Source: Eledone cirrhosa (Eukaryota). From it: a DNA stretch of 64,000 nt. The translations under genes were made by a program, and so were the position numbers. Each line of letters opens with the position of its first letter. The stretch's first letter is position 1. The notes under the pieces are model-generated. The model searched no databases. It saw only the letters and a program-made list of their open reading frames with translations, and was not told where the DNA came from. The stretch spans positions 92,876,001 to 92,940,000 of the forward strand of contig OZ024742.1 in the NCBI GenBank assembly GCA_964016885.1, in the 5' to 3' direction. Of the stretch, positions 12,370 to 39,000 are shown in pieces.

Positions 12370-13040
12370 TCACATGATTCCTTAGGCTGACAAAGTTGTC
12401 ATTCTGGGTGACTTCAACACTAAGTTGGTAAAGATTAGAAATCTGGGATGTGCTTGGAAAACATGGAGTTGGAAGATGCAATAGCAATATGTCAAACACC
12501 CTGTTTCAGCAGAAAGATAAATACAAAACAATCTAGATGCACCCAGGCTCAAATCAGTGGCACACGATTGATTATGTTCTTGTTCGTAGGTGTGATGCTC
12601 CTGATCTGTGCAGTTTCAGAGTTATGCAGGGAGTTGAATATTGGACTGATTATCATTTGTGCAAAGGTGAAGTTTACTGTGAAGACAAAGGTTAGTGTCC
12701 ATAGTCTGACTATACCAAAGAAAGTACATGTGGCTCATCTAAAAGATGATGCCATTAAAGAAGAGCTTAGGAAGAGAATGGATGACATCTGTGCATGAAG
12801 TCTGCAAGTATGTTCTGGGTTTAGTTAAAAGAAAAACTCAAGATGGGTTTGATGAGAATAACAAAGAAGTTCATATGCTTTTAAATGAAAAGAACACAGT
12901 GATAATTGAAGTGCTAGCTGGTGGACCAGAAATGAGTAAGAATGAAGACATACTCAAGGTGGTGAAGTGTAAAGTATAACGTAGTCTTCGTAGCATGCAA
13001 GATAAGTAGTGGAGGAATAAAGCAGAGGAGATTCAGGGGA
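12370..13040 (+). pseudogene. Old RTE/BovB-like LINE fragment (APE endonuclease region)
   Basis: Frameshifted motifs DKVVILGDFN, LGKHGVGRCNSN, MHPGSNQWHTIDYVLVRR, GVEYWTD. Confidence 0.75.
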
Positions 13041-14082
13041 CTTGTTCTGTGTTTGTTTGTTAGTAACAGTAATATGTGTGTGGTGGTGGTGGTGGTGGTG
13101 GTGGGGGTGTGTGCACTGGGGTAATAGCAGAGGTTGGCATTGTGTGGTAGCTAGAAGGTTTGTTTTTGTATCTTTTTTGCCAGGTTCATCATGGCTAAAA
13201 AGTTTACTTGTTTAGGAAGCAGTCGCTTACTGGAGGTATGGTTGCACTGTTGGATAGAATTAGAGTTTCCACTTTTGGTTGTGTTTTTCTATCTTCGTGA
13301 AAAATGTCTGAACCAGCATTACTGCAGCAGGGGTTGATTTTACTGTGGGTTAGATGTTGGCTTGAAGTCCCATTTCTGTTAGTGCATGGAGTCCCAGGAA
13401 AATGAGTGAAGGGACAGTCATGATGCAGACATAACCTCTTGCGTCGGGAATATTGGCAGATGCTAGTATTCTAGGTTACATGTATTTTAGTATTTGATTT
13501 AGTTTTTGGTTGTGTTGATGTTATTATGGGATGTATGGTTTGACTTTGGCTGGTAGTGTTCATATGAAGTGTGTGTTTTGTCCCAGGTAGATGTGTGAAG
13601 ATGCAATCACTGCATGTGCAGAGCTTCTTGCATAAGGAATAATGGCATATTTCAGGGTTTCATGTTTGTGCTGTGATGTGCACATGTTGCTTCATAGATG
13701 TTGACAGACTTTTCATAGTACTGTAAAGTAAACATTTGTATTGGGGTGGAGATGTAGAGGAAGGAAGCAGTAGTTTATTATTAGTTAATGTATCATCATC
13801 ATCATCATCATCATATATGTGTGTGTGTTTATATATATTTATATATGTATTTATATATTTATATATATGTATTTATATATGTGTATTTATATATATATAT
13901 ATGTATTGTGGCTGAGTTAGTAGCAGTTTGGCTTACTAACTTCAGGGATATAACATTACATGTTTCAAATCTTACACTCTTCTCTATATTGCCAAAGAAG
14001 TTATCTGCTACTCTTTTAAGTCCTAGCCATGCTGGCATGGAAGATGGACGTTAAACGAAGATGATGGTATATATATTAAAAA

Positions 14083-14178
14083 GAGTCAGGACCCAATGGC
14101 TGAGTTCTTGCCATTTCGACAGCTAGTTCTGGAACTTGCTGTTGAAATGGCAAAAGCTCAGCCGTCAGGTCCTGACTC
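14083..14178. repeat. ~100-bp hairpin (foldback/MITE-like) element
   Basis: GAGTCAGGACC...GGTCCTGACTC self-complementary. Related copies at 45329-45450 and 40461-40516 (half). Confidence 0.8.
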
Positions 14179-14186
14179 ATTATAAT

Positions 14187-14373
14187 TGTTTCTACTTTTT
14201 GGCACAAGGACAGCAATTACCCAGTGCATTACTGGTACTTTATTTTATCGACCCCGTAAGGATGAAAGGTAAAGTTAACTTCTGTGGGATTCAAACTCAG
14301 AATGGCAAGGGCCGTAACTCTATGCGTCAAAGCATAGCGTCCGACCCGCTACCGATACTGCTAATCCACCGCT
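14187..14373 (-). mobile_element. tRNA-like SINE (family 1)
   Basis: Reverse complement closely matches the TSD-bounded copy at 47341-47528. Confidence 0.8.
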
Positions 14374-14615
14374 CATTATAATATAGCCATACTCTAGACC
14401 CCAAATATCGAGTACTCTGTTGAGTAATGGTCTAACTTGTTTAAAACTGGTTCTATTCTGATATGTATATATATATATGTGCATGTGTATATATATATAT
14501 ATGTGTGTGTATGTATATTTGTATGTATATATATATATATATATGTATGTATATATATGTATATATATATGTGTATATATATATATATACATATAGATAT
14601 ATATATGTGTATATA

Positions 14616-14694
<79 letters not shown>

Positions 14695-15288
14695 TTATCT
14701 ATAATATATATATGTATGTGAGAGTGATAATATACTCATGGGCTTCCTAAAACACATTCCAGCTTATCTAAAACTGAGGCATTTATTACTGAAAATGTTG
14801 GATGAAAAAAAGAAACAAACAAAATAACACTCTGAAATACATTAAATTAATTTGAGCTGTGACAACATCTGTGTGAATAGGGTGGAAGAGCATAGAAAAA
14901 TCTGGAATATATGATAATATCACACAAACTATGAATGCCTCATATCATATGCAAAGTATTTATATAGGATAATATCATACAAATTATGAATACATCATAA
15001 GGTCATACAAAGATCATCATCATCATCATTTTAAATTCATTTCTCCATGCCTGCATGGATTAACATATCATATAAAGATATGAATATATTACCTTTATCT
15101 ATCTGTCTGCTTGTCAGCCTACCTACCTTGCTACCTATCTTTCCATGACATTCCATATATAGATGCACATCTCTGCAAGCACACACTCATACACACACAC
15201 ACTCATATTTGCGATACAGCCACCAGTTGTCTCATGTCTTTAATAGAAATAGATCGGACTTTATTCTTGTTCCTGTTGGATTCCTTAC

Positions 15289-15375
15289 TTGTTGGGGAAA
15301 ATCTCAGTTTACATAGAAGAAATCCTTCTGATCTTTCTGGAAATTCTTTAGAAGCACTGATTCTAAGGGAAACAT
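15289..15375 (-). CDS. Candidate isolated 87-nt host exon, unknown product
   Basis: Minus strand has a polypyrimidine tract TTTTTCTTTCTTTCTTCTCACTGATAG, then 87 nt open in phase 1 (xVSLRISASKEFPERSEGFLLCKLRFSPT), then GTAAGG. No recognisable homology. Confidence 0.2.
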
Positions 15376-16614
15376 CTATCAGTGAGAAGAAAGAAAGAAA
15401 AAATCAAAAGATCGCACACCTTTATTTCTTCCCATTCCCATCGCTATGGGCTGTTGTCTATATCATTCATATCTCAATACCATTGCTGCTGTTGCATTTT
15501 AAGTCCTTGAGCTATCATCTGTTTTATTCAACAAAGTAACCCCAGTTTTATATTGTGATATCTGCAGTGTATCTAAGTACTTTGTCATTAAAATAAAAAA
15601 TGTTTATTTAACATATTCAATACCAATGACATTGTGGAAGATTTGTTTAAACCATTAAAAGCAAAAGTTAAAAAAAACACAACAGTTGTGAACTTTACAT
15701 TTATTATTTATTTCTTCGTGTCCAAATTTTTGTTGTACTGTTTGTAACCTGGTCAGTTATACAGTTTCTCAGCAGCGGTCAGTGATCAGGATGCAAACAT
15801 TTAAAAAAAAAATCTTGACACCAAGAAATAAATGATAAATTTAAAGTGAATGATAATTTAAAACATATGGTCTCACATCAAGATACTGAAATCTTTTGAT
15901 GCCAACCTACCTGAAACCACCCCTAGTTTTGTTATTTAATACAAAATTACTTAATATATTAAAACATTTCATCATAATTTTATGTAAGAACATTTAAAAT
16001 AATATTTTAAACACAAGATTTGTCATTATCATTGTTCTATGTTCCATGCTGGAATATGTTGGACAGGCTGTCACATTCTGAGACTAGACAGGTCAGACAT
16101 CAATGACTTACAAATTACTGTTTGACATGGTTTCTATGGCTAGTTGCTCTTCCTAATAACAACCACTTTACAGTATGTACTGGGTGTATTTTATCATGGA
16201 ACCCCAACACTACCACTTTACAAAGTGCAGTGGATGCATTCCAATCTGGCATTAGCAGTAGAGCTATTGTTTTCTCAGCTGGACAGAAAGGTCCAGTAAT
16301 GGGAATGGGGGAGATGTGAGAATATATGGCAAGTGTAGACTGTAGGAGCAGTGGTAGCTATACTCTGCTTGCTGAGAGAGCCATCATTCCAGAAGGAAAA
16401 GAGAGTGAGAGTAAGTGCAAGGTTGTGGGGTTGGGCCTGAGAGTGCCATTAAAAGAGAGAGTGACTGAGAGTTCAGTGGGCGAGGAGTAGGTTTGTATGG
16501 TTGAGGGGTACAGACAAGACTAAGATAGTCCACTTTGTGTAGGCAGCATCATATTTAGATAGCAAGAGTGTGAAGGATGTTGAAGGAGGCAAGACTAAGG
16601 TGAATAAATAATAA

Positions 16615-16825
16615 TTTCTACTTTAGACACAAAGCCAGCAATTTGTGGAGAGGGGAAATCGATTGTATCAACCCCAGTTTTTTTACTAGTACTTTATTTT
16701 GTTGACCCCAGAAGGATGACAGGCAAAGTTGACCTCAGCAGGATTTGAACTTAGAATGTAAAGAACAAGAACAAATACTGCTATGCATTTGTTTAATCCT
16801 ATAATGATTCTGTCAATTCACCACC
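16615..16825 (-). mobile_element. Diverged SINE family 1 copy
   Basis: Contains GTACTTTATTTT..GACCCC..AAGGATGA..GGCAAAGTTGACCTC..GGATTTGAAC, the reverse complement of the family body and B box. Confidence 0.7.
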
Positions 16826-17394
16826 CACAAAGTTGATGAATAAAGTAAAATAAGCTATGTAATTATAGTCATACATATTTTTTATTATTCGCAAAATAAA
16901 TTGAAACACATGCGTAGTGTATTTCTTTAGAATTATAGTACCAAAAAGGTTAACTAACTCATGGCAGTCCAATCTATTCTGAAAATCACAGCACTGTAGT
17001 TACTTATTAAATTAGAGATCACATATTCTATCCATTCTTTTAGCAATTTCCTTGACCTGAAATAGCAAAACCTTTTTTTTTAATCAGTGAGTATCATGGT
17101 GATAAATGTTTTAAATTCTTTTAGTCTTTTACTGGTTCCAGTCACTAAATTGCAGCCACACTAAGGGAGGTGATGGATTTCCACACAGTTTCCCTCAACC
17201 AAATTTCACTCACAAAGAATTGGTCAATCCATTGCTATAGCAGGAAGCGCTTGTCCAAATTGCCATGAAGTTGGACTGAGCCTGATTTCACATAGTTGTG
17301 AGGCAAACTTTCTAACTCCACAGCCATGTCTGCACATCATTTTGGCTTTGGTTGTTTTAATGTAATTCATTTGAGAGATATATCTCACCTGTGT

Positions 17395-17530
17395 TATATA
17401 GCTAGATTCATTAGAGTGTAGAACAAAATGCTTCATAGTATTTGTTCTGAATCTTTGCACCCTGAGTTCAAATCCCACCGAGTTCAGCTTTACCTTTCCT
17501 TCTTTCAAGGGCTGATAAAATAAAATATTA
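17395..17530 (+). mobile_element. Diverged SINE family 1 copy
   Basis: CTGAGTTCAAATCCCACCGAG...TTTACCTTTC...GATAAAATAAA matches 47417-47480. Confidence 0.65.
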
Positions 17531-19169
17531 GCCTAGGTGGGTGGATTGGTGGAATTCTAAGAATGTTGGACAAGATGTCTTGTGATATTCTGAATTCAAA
17601 TCCTGCTGTTGCCTATTTGGGTGGTAGTTTAATATAACTACCTGACTTTTGAGTGCTTTTAGTGGAGTCCATCTGTTCTAAGTTTATGGACCTGGTTTCT
17701 AGATTGAAGATACCTTTAGTTCTCTCTAGCTTTTACCAGTCTTGGAGTCACCTCATTAGCATGCCCTTTCCTTCCCTGGCATTTCTATGCCACAAGCATT
17801 TGAATGAGGTCTTCATTTTGAAGATATCTTCTATCCTCTCTCCAGTTTTGGAGCCCCCCCCCCCCCCCCCCCAAAAAAAAATGATCACAGGTTTGCCTTT
17901 TTCTTCCCTGTCTAAACAGTTAAAAAATGTTATAGTAGAAAAAAGAAAGAATCTATATAAAGAATTATAATTATGTAGAATTGTCAATCTCTGGTGAAAT
18001 CAAAGAATCATGTAAACTCTATTTCTTCTTCATATGTTACTACTGACTATTGCATGCATTATCACATAGTTATTATCATTCCTATCACAAATAGCATGAC
18101 TGTCATCAATATTTTATATTTTTGAACTGATTTCTGTTATGGTTTGCTAAAAAGAATGTTTAATTTTGTTGCAATGAGGTGCATGCTTGAGTTTGAGTTA
18201 GAAATATCATGGTGTCTCCCTGTGAAGTAGATAAAATAGAGGAAAAGATTTAACAAATAGGCATTTCAGTAAAAATATCGATAAGTTTGTACTTTGAGAT
18301 GGTCAAATTGTCAATAAAAAAGCTCATGTACTGGGTGAATTTCACATAAACTTTAATAATAAATTAGATAAATAGTTAATTATTCAGGCTGTAATGTATC
18401 TTCATTTCATGAAAGTAGACTTCACTTATATGGCAAGCAAGCCTATCACAGTTGAGTAGATTTTTGATCATAGCTAAAAGGTCCTTACATCAAATTATGA
18501 TGGAAGGTTTTGAGATAAATAACACTTTTTATCAAAACAACAGCAGTGGTTTCATGCAGTATGGTAATAAAAGGCTTAGTGTTTATATTAATCTAAAAAC
18601 CTATAATAACTTTCTGTAAGAACCTCTAAATTATGTTCCACACAACTACAGCAATCACTTACAATCAAGTATGATTTAGTAGTATGTACCATACTCTCAC
18701 TAAAAGTTTTAGGTGCCTCTGCAGTTGTGAGCAGACACCCTTTTGTCCGTTCCTCATTTAATCCAGCAGAACATCAAGTATGTGTCAGCTGGAAAGAAAG
18801 AGGGTTGCACCAGCACTTGTACAGTACTTTCTTTAGTGACCTTGAAACTATAAAAAAACAAAGTGGACCACAGCAGGATTTGAACTCAGAACACAGAATC
18901 CCAGAACAAATGCCCAATGCTCTAATAGCCCTGCCAAATTCATCTTCTTAATAACATAAAAATTTAGTTATTTTACTAAATTCCTCTGAATTCTTCCTTA
19001 TTTTTAATAAACAATTTGGAAATTATAGGCAGCGCCTATCACTATAAATATTGTAAGGAAAGAGTTAAAAGACTAAAGTGTCTGAAACATTCCAATAAAC
19101 AAACAGTTCAGTATAATGCCATGGTATGGTAATTAATTTTATTTTGAAGAAGATTGCAGTTAGTAGTAA

Positions 19170-20720
19170 GCCTGTGATTGCTTTTACTTCAATTCTTGGA
19201 TATGCAGAGCTGTATTTGAATGAGTGCAACACAGGTCAATCTTATCATCTAATCTGCTTCATTGCTTCATTTTCATTTGCAAGAGAGTTGATTGATTTCT
19301 TATTGGACATATCTCTTGCACCCTTCTGAATCGATCTTTAGCTCCAGAAATTCCTCTTGAAAATAATCAAAAACCTTTTTCACTATCAATATAATCCTTT
19401 CTTTATCATATTTCTATTAAAAGATACAATTTATTTCAATTAGTTTTGAAAATAATGAAACATTTAAAGAAATTTAGTAAAATAACTTTCTCATTATTAT
19501 GCTCATTGGAACATAGCTTATCAAAGGTTTTTACATAACATTATGATATGTTTTTTGATAAATATAAACATTTGAATGTTTTGTACTGTAGAATCAGAAG
19601 TGATTTCAAGTAGTTTGGCATAAAAAAGGTTGAATAGATTTCGTACTAAATCGAACCCTCCATCACTGAAAATATCAATTGAATTCAGATTTTAGTGCTG
19701 TCAGATGTCTAAATTTAATTTTCTTTTGACAATTTTGAAATTTACTTGTTCTTCATCATCAGTAACAAGAATTGGTGACAGTTACTCAAACAACACAACA
19801 TTTTTAATTCTGTACTTTCTGTTCCAGTTTTGCAGTTTACTTAACTCGTTTATTACCATAATTCCAATGAAAACTACTGCTTATGATTTAAAAAAAAGAA
19901 AACTCCGAAAATAATCAACAATTTGGAGTAATTTAGTAATATAACTAATTTTCTCATTATTTCTCTGGTGTTTGGAACATAACTTAACAAAAGTTTTTAC
20001 ATAAAATTATGATGGAAGGATTTTAAATAAATATATATATTATAAACGACGACGATTATGATGATGATGATGATATATTATAAAACAAACAGTTTTGTAT
20101 TGTAGAACTAGAGATGTTTTCAAATAGTTTGGTATCGAAATGGTTATGAAAGCTTTAAAAAAAATCAATGAATTTTCTGGTGTTTGTATTGCCTCATTGC
20201 ATTGTAAGATTCACTTTATTCAGCTGCTAAAAATATCAACGAAATAGGCAAAGTACATGATCCTTTTTTCCTCAACTCTTACCCTGAACTTAAAAAAAAT
20301 GATCTGTTAGAACAAATACTTGTTCAGTTACATTTCATTTTGAAGGCCATCAAATATTTGTGTGAAAAAGTATCAAATATGGGCTTGCATCTATGTCAAT
20401 ACAGAACACCTTGAAAAGTCATGAGTTAACAAAATTCCCAATTTGAATTGTCTGATCTCAAATCTTCTTTAGTAGAGGTGGAAATCATGTTGAGGTCAAT
20501 GCCTGATATTGTACAATGAATGCTTTTAATTTTCCAGACTCACATTCAAAAACACTTTAGTCTCTGTCTTTACAGTGAGACTAAACATTCTGCAAATTTG
20601 GTTTAGCTTTGAGCATTTCATAGATAAAGCTTTTCCACAAATAATGCACTGGTGCATTTCCTCTCTTATGATAGTGATACATACAAATCTATATTGAATA
20701 TATAAATTGTAGTACACTTC
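19170..20720 (-). pseudogene. Fragmented hAT (Buster/Charlie-type) transposase fossil interrupted by other repeats
   Basis: Around 20600-20710, YIQYRFVCITIIREEMHQCIICGKALS.MKCSKL resembles the Buster-type N-terminal Y.GF...PQC.IC...M.PSKL motif. Around 19180-19360, EEFLELKIDS and DLCC..SNTALHIQEL resemble the C-terminal dimerisation region. Confidence 0.6.
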
Positions 20721-21432
20721 GTTTTTATGAATCTCATGATGGTCTCAAAATTCTTTGAATAAAAATAAGAACAAGTCAAAGATAGTTATATAGAAAAATG
20801 AAATATTTATAAGTTTATTTTTCATTGGCTGTTTTCGTTTATTCCATCAGACAGAACTTACTGAGAAGACTGACTTTCTTAATGACTGAGAGTTTCTATT
20901 TGAATATAAGTCGAAGAATATGTGACCAAAAAATCGATGGTAAAATGGAACTCGGTTATATTTGGGGTCAATATTTTGATGATTTTTACCAACTTCAAAT
21001 TCTATGTAAATAAAGTGCTAAAATATTTGGAGTGATTATTTCACAATAAAACACTATTTTTCTACATTTACTATCTCAACAGTGTTTGATTTATACATTG
21101 CCTTGAGAACATTCCCAATAAATTTTTATCATTTAAACTTTTTAATACATAAATATCCCCTAGATATATGCACACGTGCACCAGTTGTTTTTCTCTGTGA
21201 CTTAATTATACTTTTTCTTTCAATCTTGTTTTATCTTTTTTGCTCGTTCTCTTTCACTTCTCTCACTGTGCCTCTCCTCTTTCTCGCTTGCTGTCTCCTC
21301 TTCTCCTCTTTTTCAACTATTTCCTATTCATTTCGATCTCCTCATAGTGTTTTTAATGATCTCCATAATGACTAAAGAAAATCTTGTTTTTTAAAATAAT
21401 AACCTAAACTAAAACATATCTATTACTTTATA

Positions 21433-21913
21433 CTAGCAGAAAAACCACCCTTCGGGTGGTTTTCTGCTAGGATGTGTGGCGTGTATATTGATATTATACG
21501 CAAGTATATATGCATGTAGATATGATACATAAAATAAAATCGTAATTGACAATATACACAGAAATTGAACAAAGACTGTTACACTGCCTTATGTAATCAG
21601 TAATGTAATCCATGATACATTAAAAAAAGACGATATTATATATAAACTGCATTAGGAGAAAATTAGTGCTAGAAATATATGAATATTTATTTAAACGATC
21701 GCTAACCGGAAGTGTTGACACTTGAAAATTTTAAAGAAGGGAATTTTTAAATAAGTAATAAAATATATTTAATGAACAGCCACGAAATTTAGTAGATAAA
21801 TTATGTAATATTCATTCATTATTTATTCAAAGTAATCCAACTTATTTTACTAAGGGGATAAAAAATTATAAACCGTACGCAGTCCCCGTGCTTCTTACTT
21901 TATATAGTTTAGA
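21433..21913 (-). mobile_element. Non-autonomous Helitron (481 bp)
   Basis: Minus strand begins TCTAAACTATATAAAG and ends with hairpin CCACCC-gaa-GGGTGG then CTAG. Inserted between A and T with no TSD. Confidence 0.8.
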
Positions 21914-23001
21914 TTAATTTAGAATTACCTCATACTGTTTTATTTTCAGATTATAGAAAAATAAAATTTTCTAAAAATAAGGGAGGAGATTGTCTTATTT
22001 TTACTTAGGGGTTTTGTCCACACCTCACAATGATGATCTTACAAGTGTAACAGGTTTCTATCTGAGTTCAACACTCGGAACTATTCATTTGTTTCCTTGT
22101 ACCTCACCAAAAAAAAGATACTGTAAAGGACACTTAAAATATTTTAAATATCAAAATGTTAAAACATGGAATATATTTTATCCACTCATGAGAATTTCAA
22201 AAGCATGCCATAATGTATTAATTAGCTGCCTTGGATTTTGGGATTTGGGGATTTTTGCTAATTTTTCAACATAAGATAAGAGATTGGCTTATATTTTAGT
22301 ATATGCAGTAAATAAAAAGCCAAGGGATTGATACACGGGGAAATAGAGAAGCTTGTCATCAATCCTGCATGGTTAAACAGTTTTAGCAGGGTAAATGGTC
22401 TTAAAGTGCTTCTTGTATTTGACCTCTAAAAAAGCAAGAGTTAGAATTATTTTTTCAGTAAAATAGATAAAGGAAATCTGTGATTATAGTAACAGTGATA
22501 AAGATAATCGGTGGTTATAGTAACAGTGAAGTATATCAGCCTTTAATGTCAAACACAGACCACTATTTAATATTGGTTGAATTTGAACTCAAAACCAAAT
22601 GTTACAAACTTCCCCAGAAAGTTGCTGGCATATCAACGGACCAAATATGAAATGGTTCCCTTCATTAGCTAATGAAGTTTCTTTATTGACTTATTACAAT
22701 GATGTTTGGTGGTAATAATGGTGAGGGTAGATAGGGAGTTGGTAAAGAAAGATAATGGTAAAGATGTGAAGATATTTATGTATATTTTCTCTTCTTCTCT
22801 TTCCCACTTCTTTCCCAAGTATATATTTCATAAATAGATGCCAAACCATTTCATTAGAACGACATTTGTTTCTGAAAGTGAATCTCATTCCTTGAGAAAT
22901 TACCTTAATAAAGTCATATAAAATGAAATAAAACATCTTAAAAAAAAGTACAAAAAAAATAAACCACCCAAAAAAAGAAGAAAAAATGAAAGGCACAACA
23001 A

Positions 23002-36069
<13,068 letters not shown>

Positions 36070-39000
36070 GCTAGCTACCCCACACCCCTCCCTCCCGCCC
36101 CCACACGCCACCATACTTAATACGTGGACCAATCATAAGCCAGAGCCCCCCCCCCGCATCACCACCATTATTATAAGCCAGAGCCACCCACCCCCACCCC
36201 CACGCATCACCATTATTATTATTACGCGGACCAAATCATAAGCCAGAGGCCTATACTATCGCTTGCCCGGTTGCCTTCGATATACGATGGATGGATAGAT
36301 GGATGGATGGATGGACGGACGGACTGCGGAATCCTTGGAGAGTGGAAGGGAGAGAAAAATCTGGACGCCCAGAGCGAAAATGCCAAAGTTAAAGTCAAAT
36401 TCACCTCGTGGACGAGAATGCGAGCACTCCTCTTTGTTTCGTCCGCGGATGGCTAACATAACCCTATCTCCTCCCGCCCCCCACCACCCCCAACCTCCAA
36501 ACGCAACCCAAAACTTCAGAGTTGGTACCATAAATGTAGGCACCCTAAAGGGTCGCGCTAACGAGGTTGTAGAAATGCTTGAACGTAAGGAGGTCGATGT
36601 TTGTTGTATTCAAGAGACCAGGTGGAGGGGTGGGTCTGCTAGATTCATTGAGGGTAAAAAACGATGTTATAAGCTTTTCTGGGTGGGAAACGACGATGGG
36701 CTGGGTGGAGTAGGAATCATGGTAGCAGAAAAGTGGGCAGATAAGATAATAGACGTAAATAGAGTGAACGACAGAATAATTAAAATAAGACTTGTCCTCA
36801 ATAGAACTACGGTGACAGTAATATCTGCGTACGCACCCCAATCCGGACTGCCCGGCACTATAAAAGACAGATTCTATGAGACACTGTTGCTAACTACCTC
36901 CCAAATATCTGACAGTGACTATATAATTATTGCAGGCGACCTAAATGGTCACGTTGGACAACATTGTGACGGCTATGACGAAATCCATGGAGGCTATGGG
37001 TTTGGTACTAGAAATGAGGAAGGCTCCAGAATTCTGGAATACTGTGATGCAAATAACCTAACTATCTGTAACACTAACTTCAAAAAAAGTGACAATCACC
37101 TGATTACCTATAGATCCGGGGAACACACAAGCCAGGTAGATTATATCCTTACCAGAAGACGTGACAGAGTGTCTGTTGTAAACACTAAATCCCTCCCCCA
37201 TGAAGAATGCACCTCCCAACATAGACTGATAATTAGCGACCTCATAGTCAGGACGAGACGCACCCGACAGCAGAAGAGGACTATCCTCAGGAGGAAAATA
37301 TGGAAACTAAAAGACCCCACAGCCAGAAATAAATTTCAAAGCATATTACTTGATGCTTTCGACAGTAAGGAAGAGCATCTAGAATCGGACAATATAGAGG
37401 GACAGTGGAAATTTCTGAAAGCTAACCTGCTGTTGGCGACAGACGAAGTCTGTGGCTGGAGCAGGCCTGTAGGCAGGAGGAGAGTAACATGGTGGTGGAA
37501 CAGTAAGGTGGAGGGGTCAATTAAGGCCAAAAAGCAGGCTTGGAAAGTATGGCGGGATGGGGGAAGTAGAGTAGACTATCAAGTGGCCAGGAGGGAAGCT
37601 AGGAGAGAAGTGTACTTAGCAAGAAGGGAAGCTGAGGAAAGAAAGTTCAAGCATGTTCTACAACGCGATGACCAAAAACGCGAGGTGTTCAGGATTGCCA
37701 GGCAATGCGTCAAGGAAAACCGTGATATTGTCGGGGAGAAGTGTGTACTTAACGATGATGGCATACTTGCCATCACCGACACTGATAAGAAGGTAGCTTG
37801 GAAGTGTCACTATGAAAGGCTACTAAATGAGGAGAATAAATGGGAGAAAGACAGTCTCCCCCATATCGACCCGATAGAGGGACCAGCAGTGTTAGTCGAG
37901 GGGAGTATAATAAGTAAGGCAATCAAGGATATGAAGACTGGTAAGGCGGCTGGGCCTTCGGAAATAGTTGCTGAGATGCTGAAGGCATCTGGCACGGTGG
38001 GACACACCATGGTCACCCGCATAGTTAACCAAGTCGTACAGAATGGGGTTGTTCCGAAGGACTGGCATAGCAGCATCATCGTTAACTGTTATAAGGGTAA
38101 AGGAGACGCCCTAGATAGGAGTAACTATAGAGGCATTAAATTAATCGACCAGGTCATGAAGGTCACGGAAAAAGTAATAGCGCAACTAATCAGAGAGAGA
38201 ATTGATCTAGATGAAATGCAGTTCGGGTTTGTGTCAGGCAAAAGCACCACAGACGCTCTTTTCATAGTACGACAACTACAGGAGAAGTACCTAGCTAAAG
38301 GTAAACCCCTCTACTTAGCTTTTGTCGACCTGGAGAAAGCCTTCGACAGAGTCCCCCGCTCCATTATCTGGTGGGCTCTTAGAAAACTAGGCGTTGACGA
38401 ATGGCTTGTGAGGGCTATACAAGCCATGTATAAAGAAACAGTCAGCAAGGTTAGAATTAACAACGAATATAGTGAAGAGTTTAGCGTAAAAGTTGGCGTC
38501 CATCAGGGCTCTGTTCTCAGCCCCCTACTATTTATTATTGCCCTTCAGGCTATAACAGAGGAGTTCAAGACAGGCTGCCCATGGGAACTCCTATACGCAG
38601 ACGACCTGACACTCATAGCGGAATCAATGGCCGAGCTAGAGAAGAAATTCCAAACATGGAAGCACGGCCTAGAGTCAAAAGGACTTAAAATTAACCTGGC
38701 TAAGACCAAAGTTCTAGTTTGTAGGAAAGAAAACAAGGCGGCGGTCCCTTCTGGGAAATGGTCGTGCTCGGTATGTAGGAAAGGCGTAGGTAGAAACTCC
38801 ATCTTATGTCCTAAATGCAAAGTATGGGTGCATAAAAGATGTAGTGGGATCACAGGTAAGCTAACTAAGAACATAGACTTTACATGTGGCCGGTGTTCTG
38901 GTGCAATAAGTAGCAGCAAGTGCCCACAAAATACTAGCTCTTTCAATTGCGCAGAGGGTTTTATAGAAATAGTGGACAGCTTCCGTTACCTGGGCGATAA

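Noticed and set aside
13150-13760. Possible further Penelope fragment on the minus strand
   Set aside because: Only faint motif resemblance, not supportable without an alignment.
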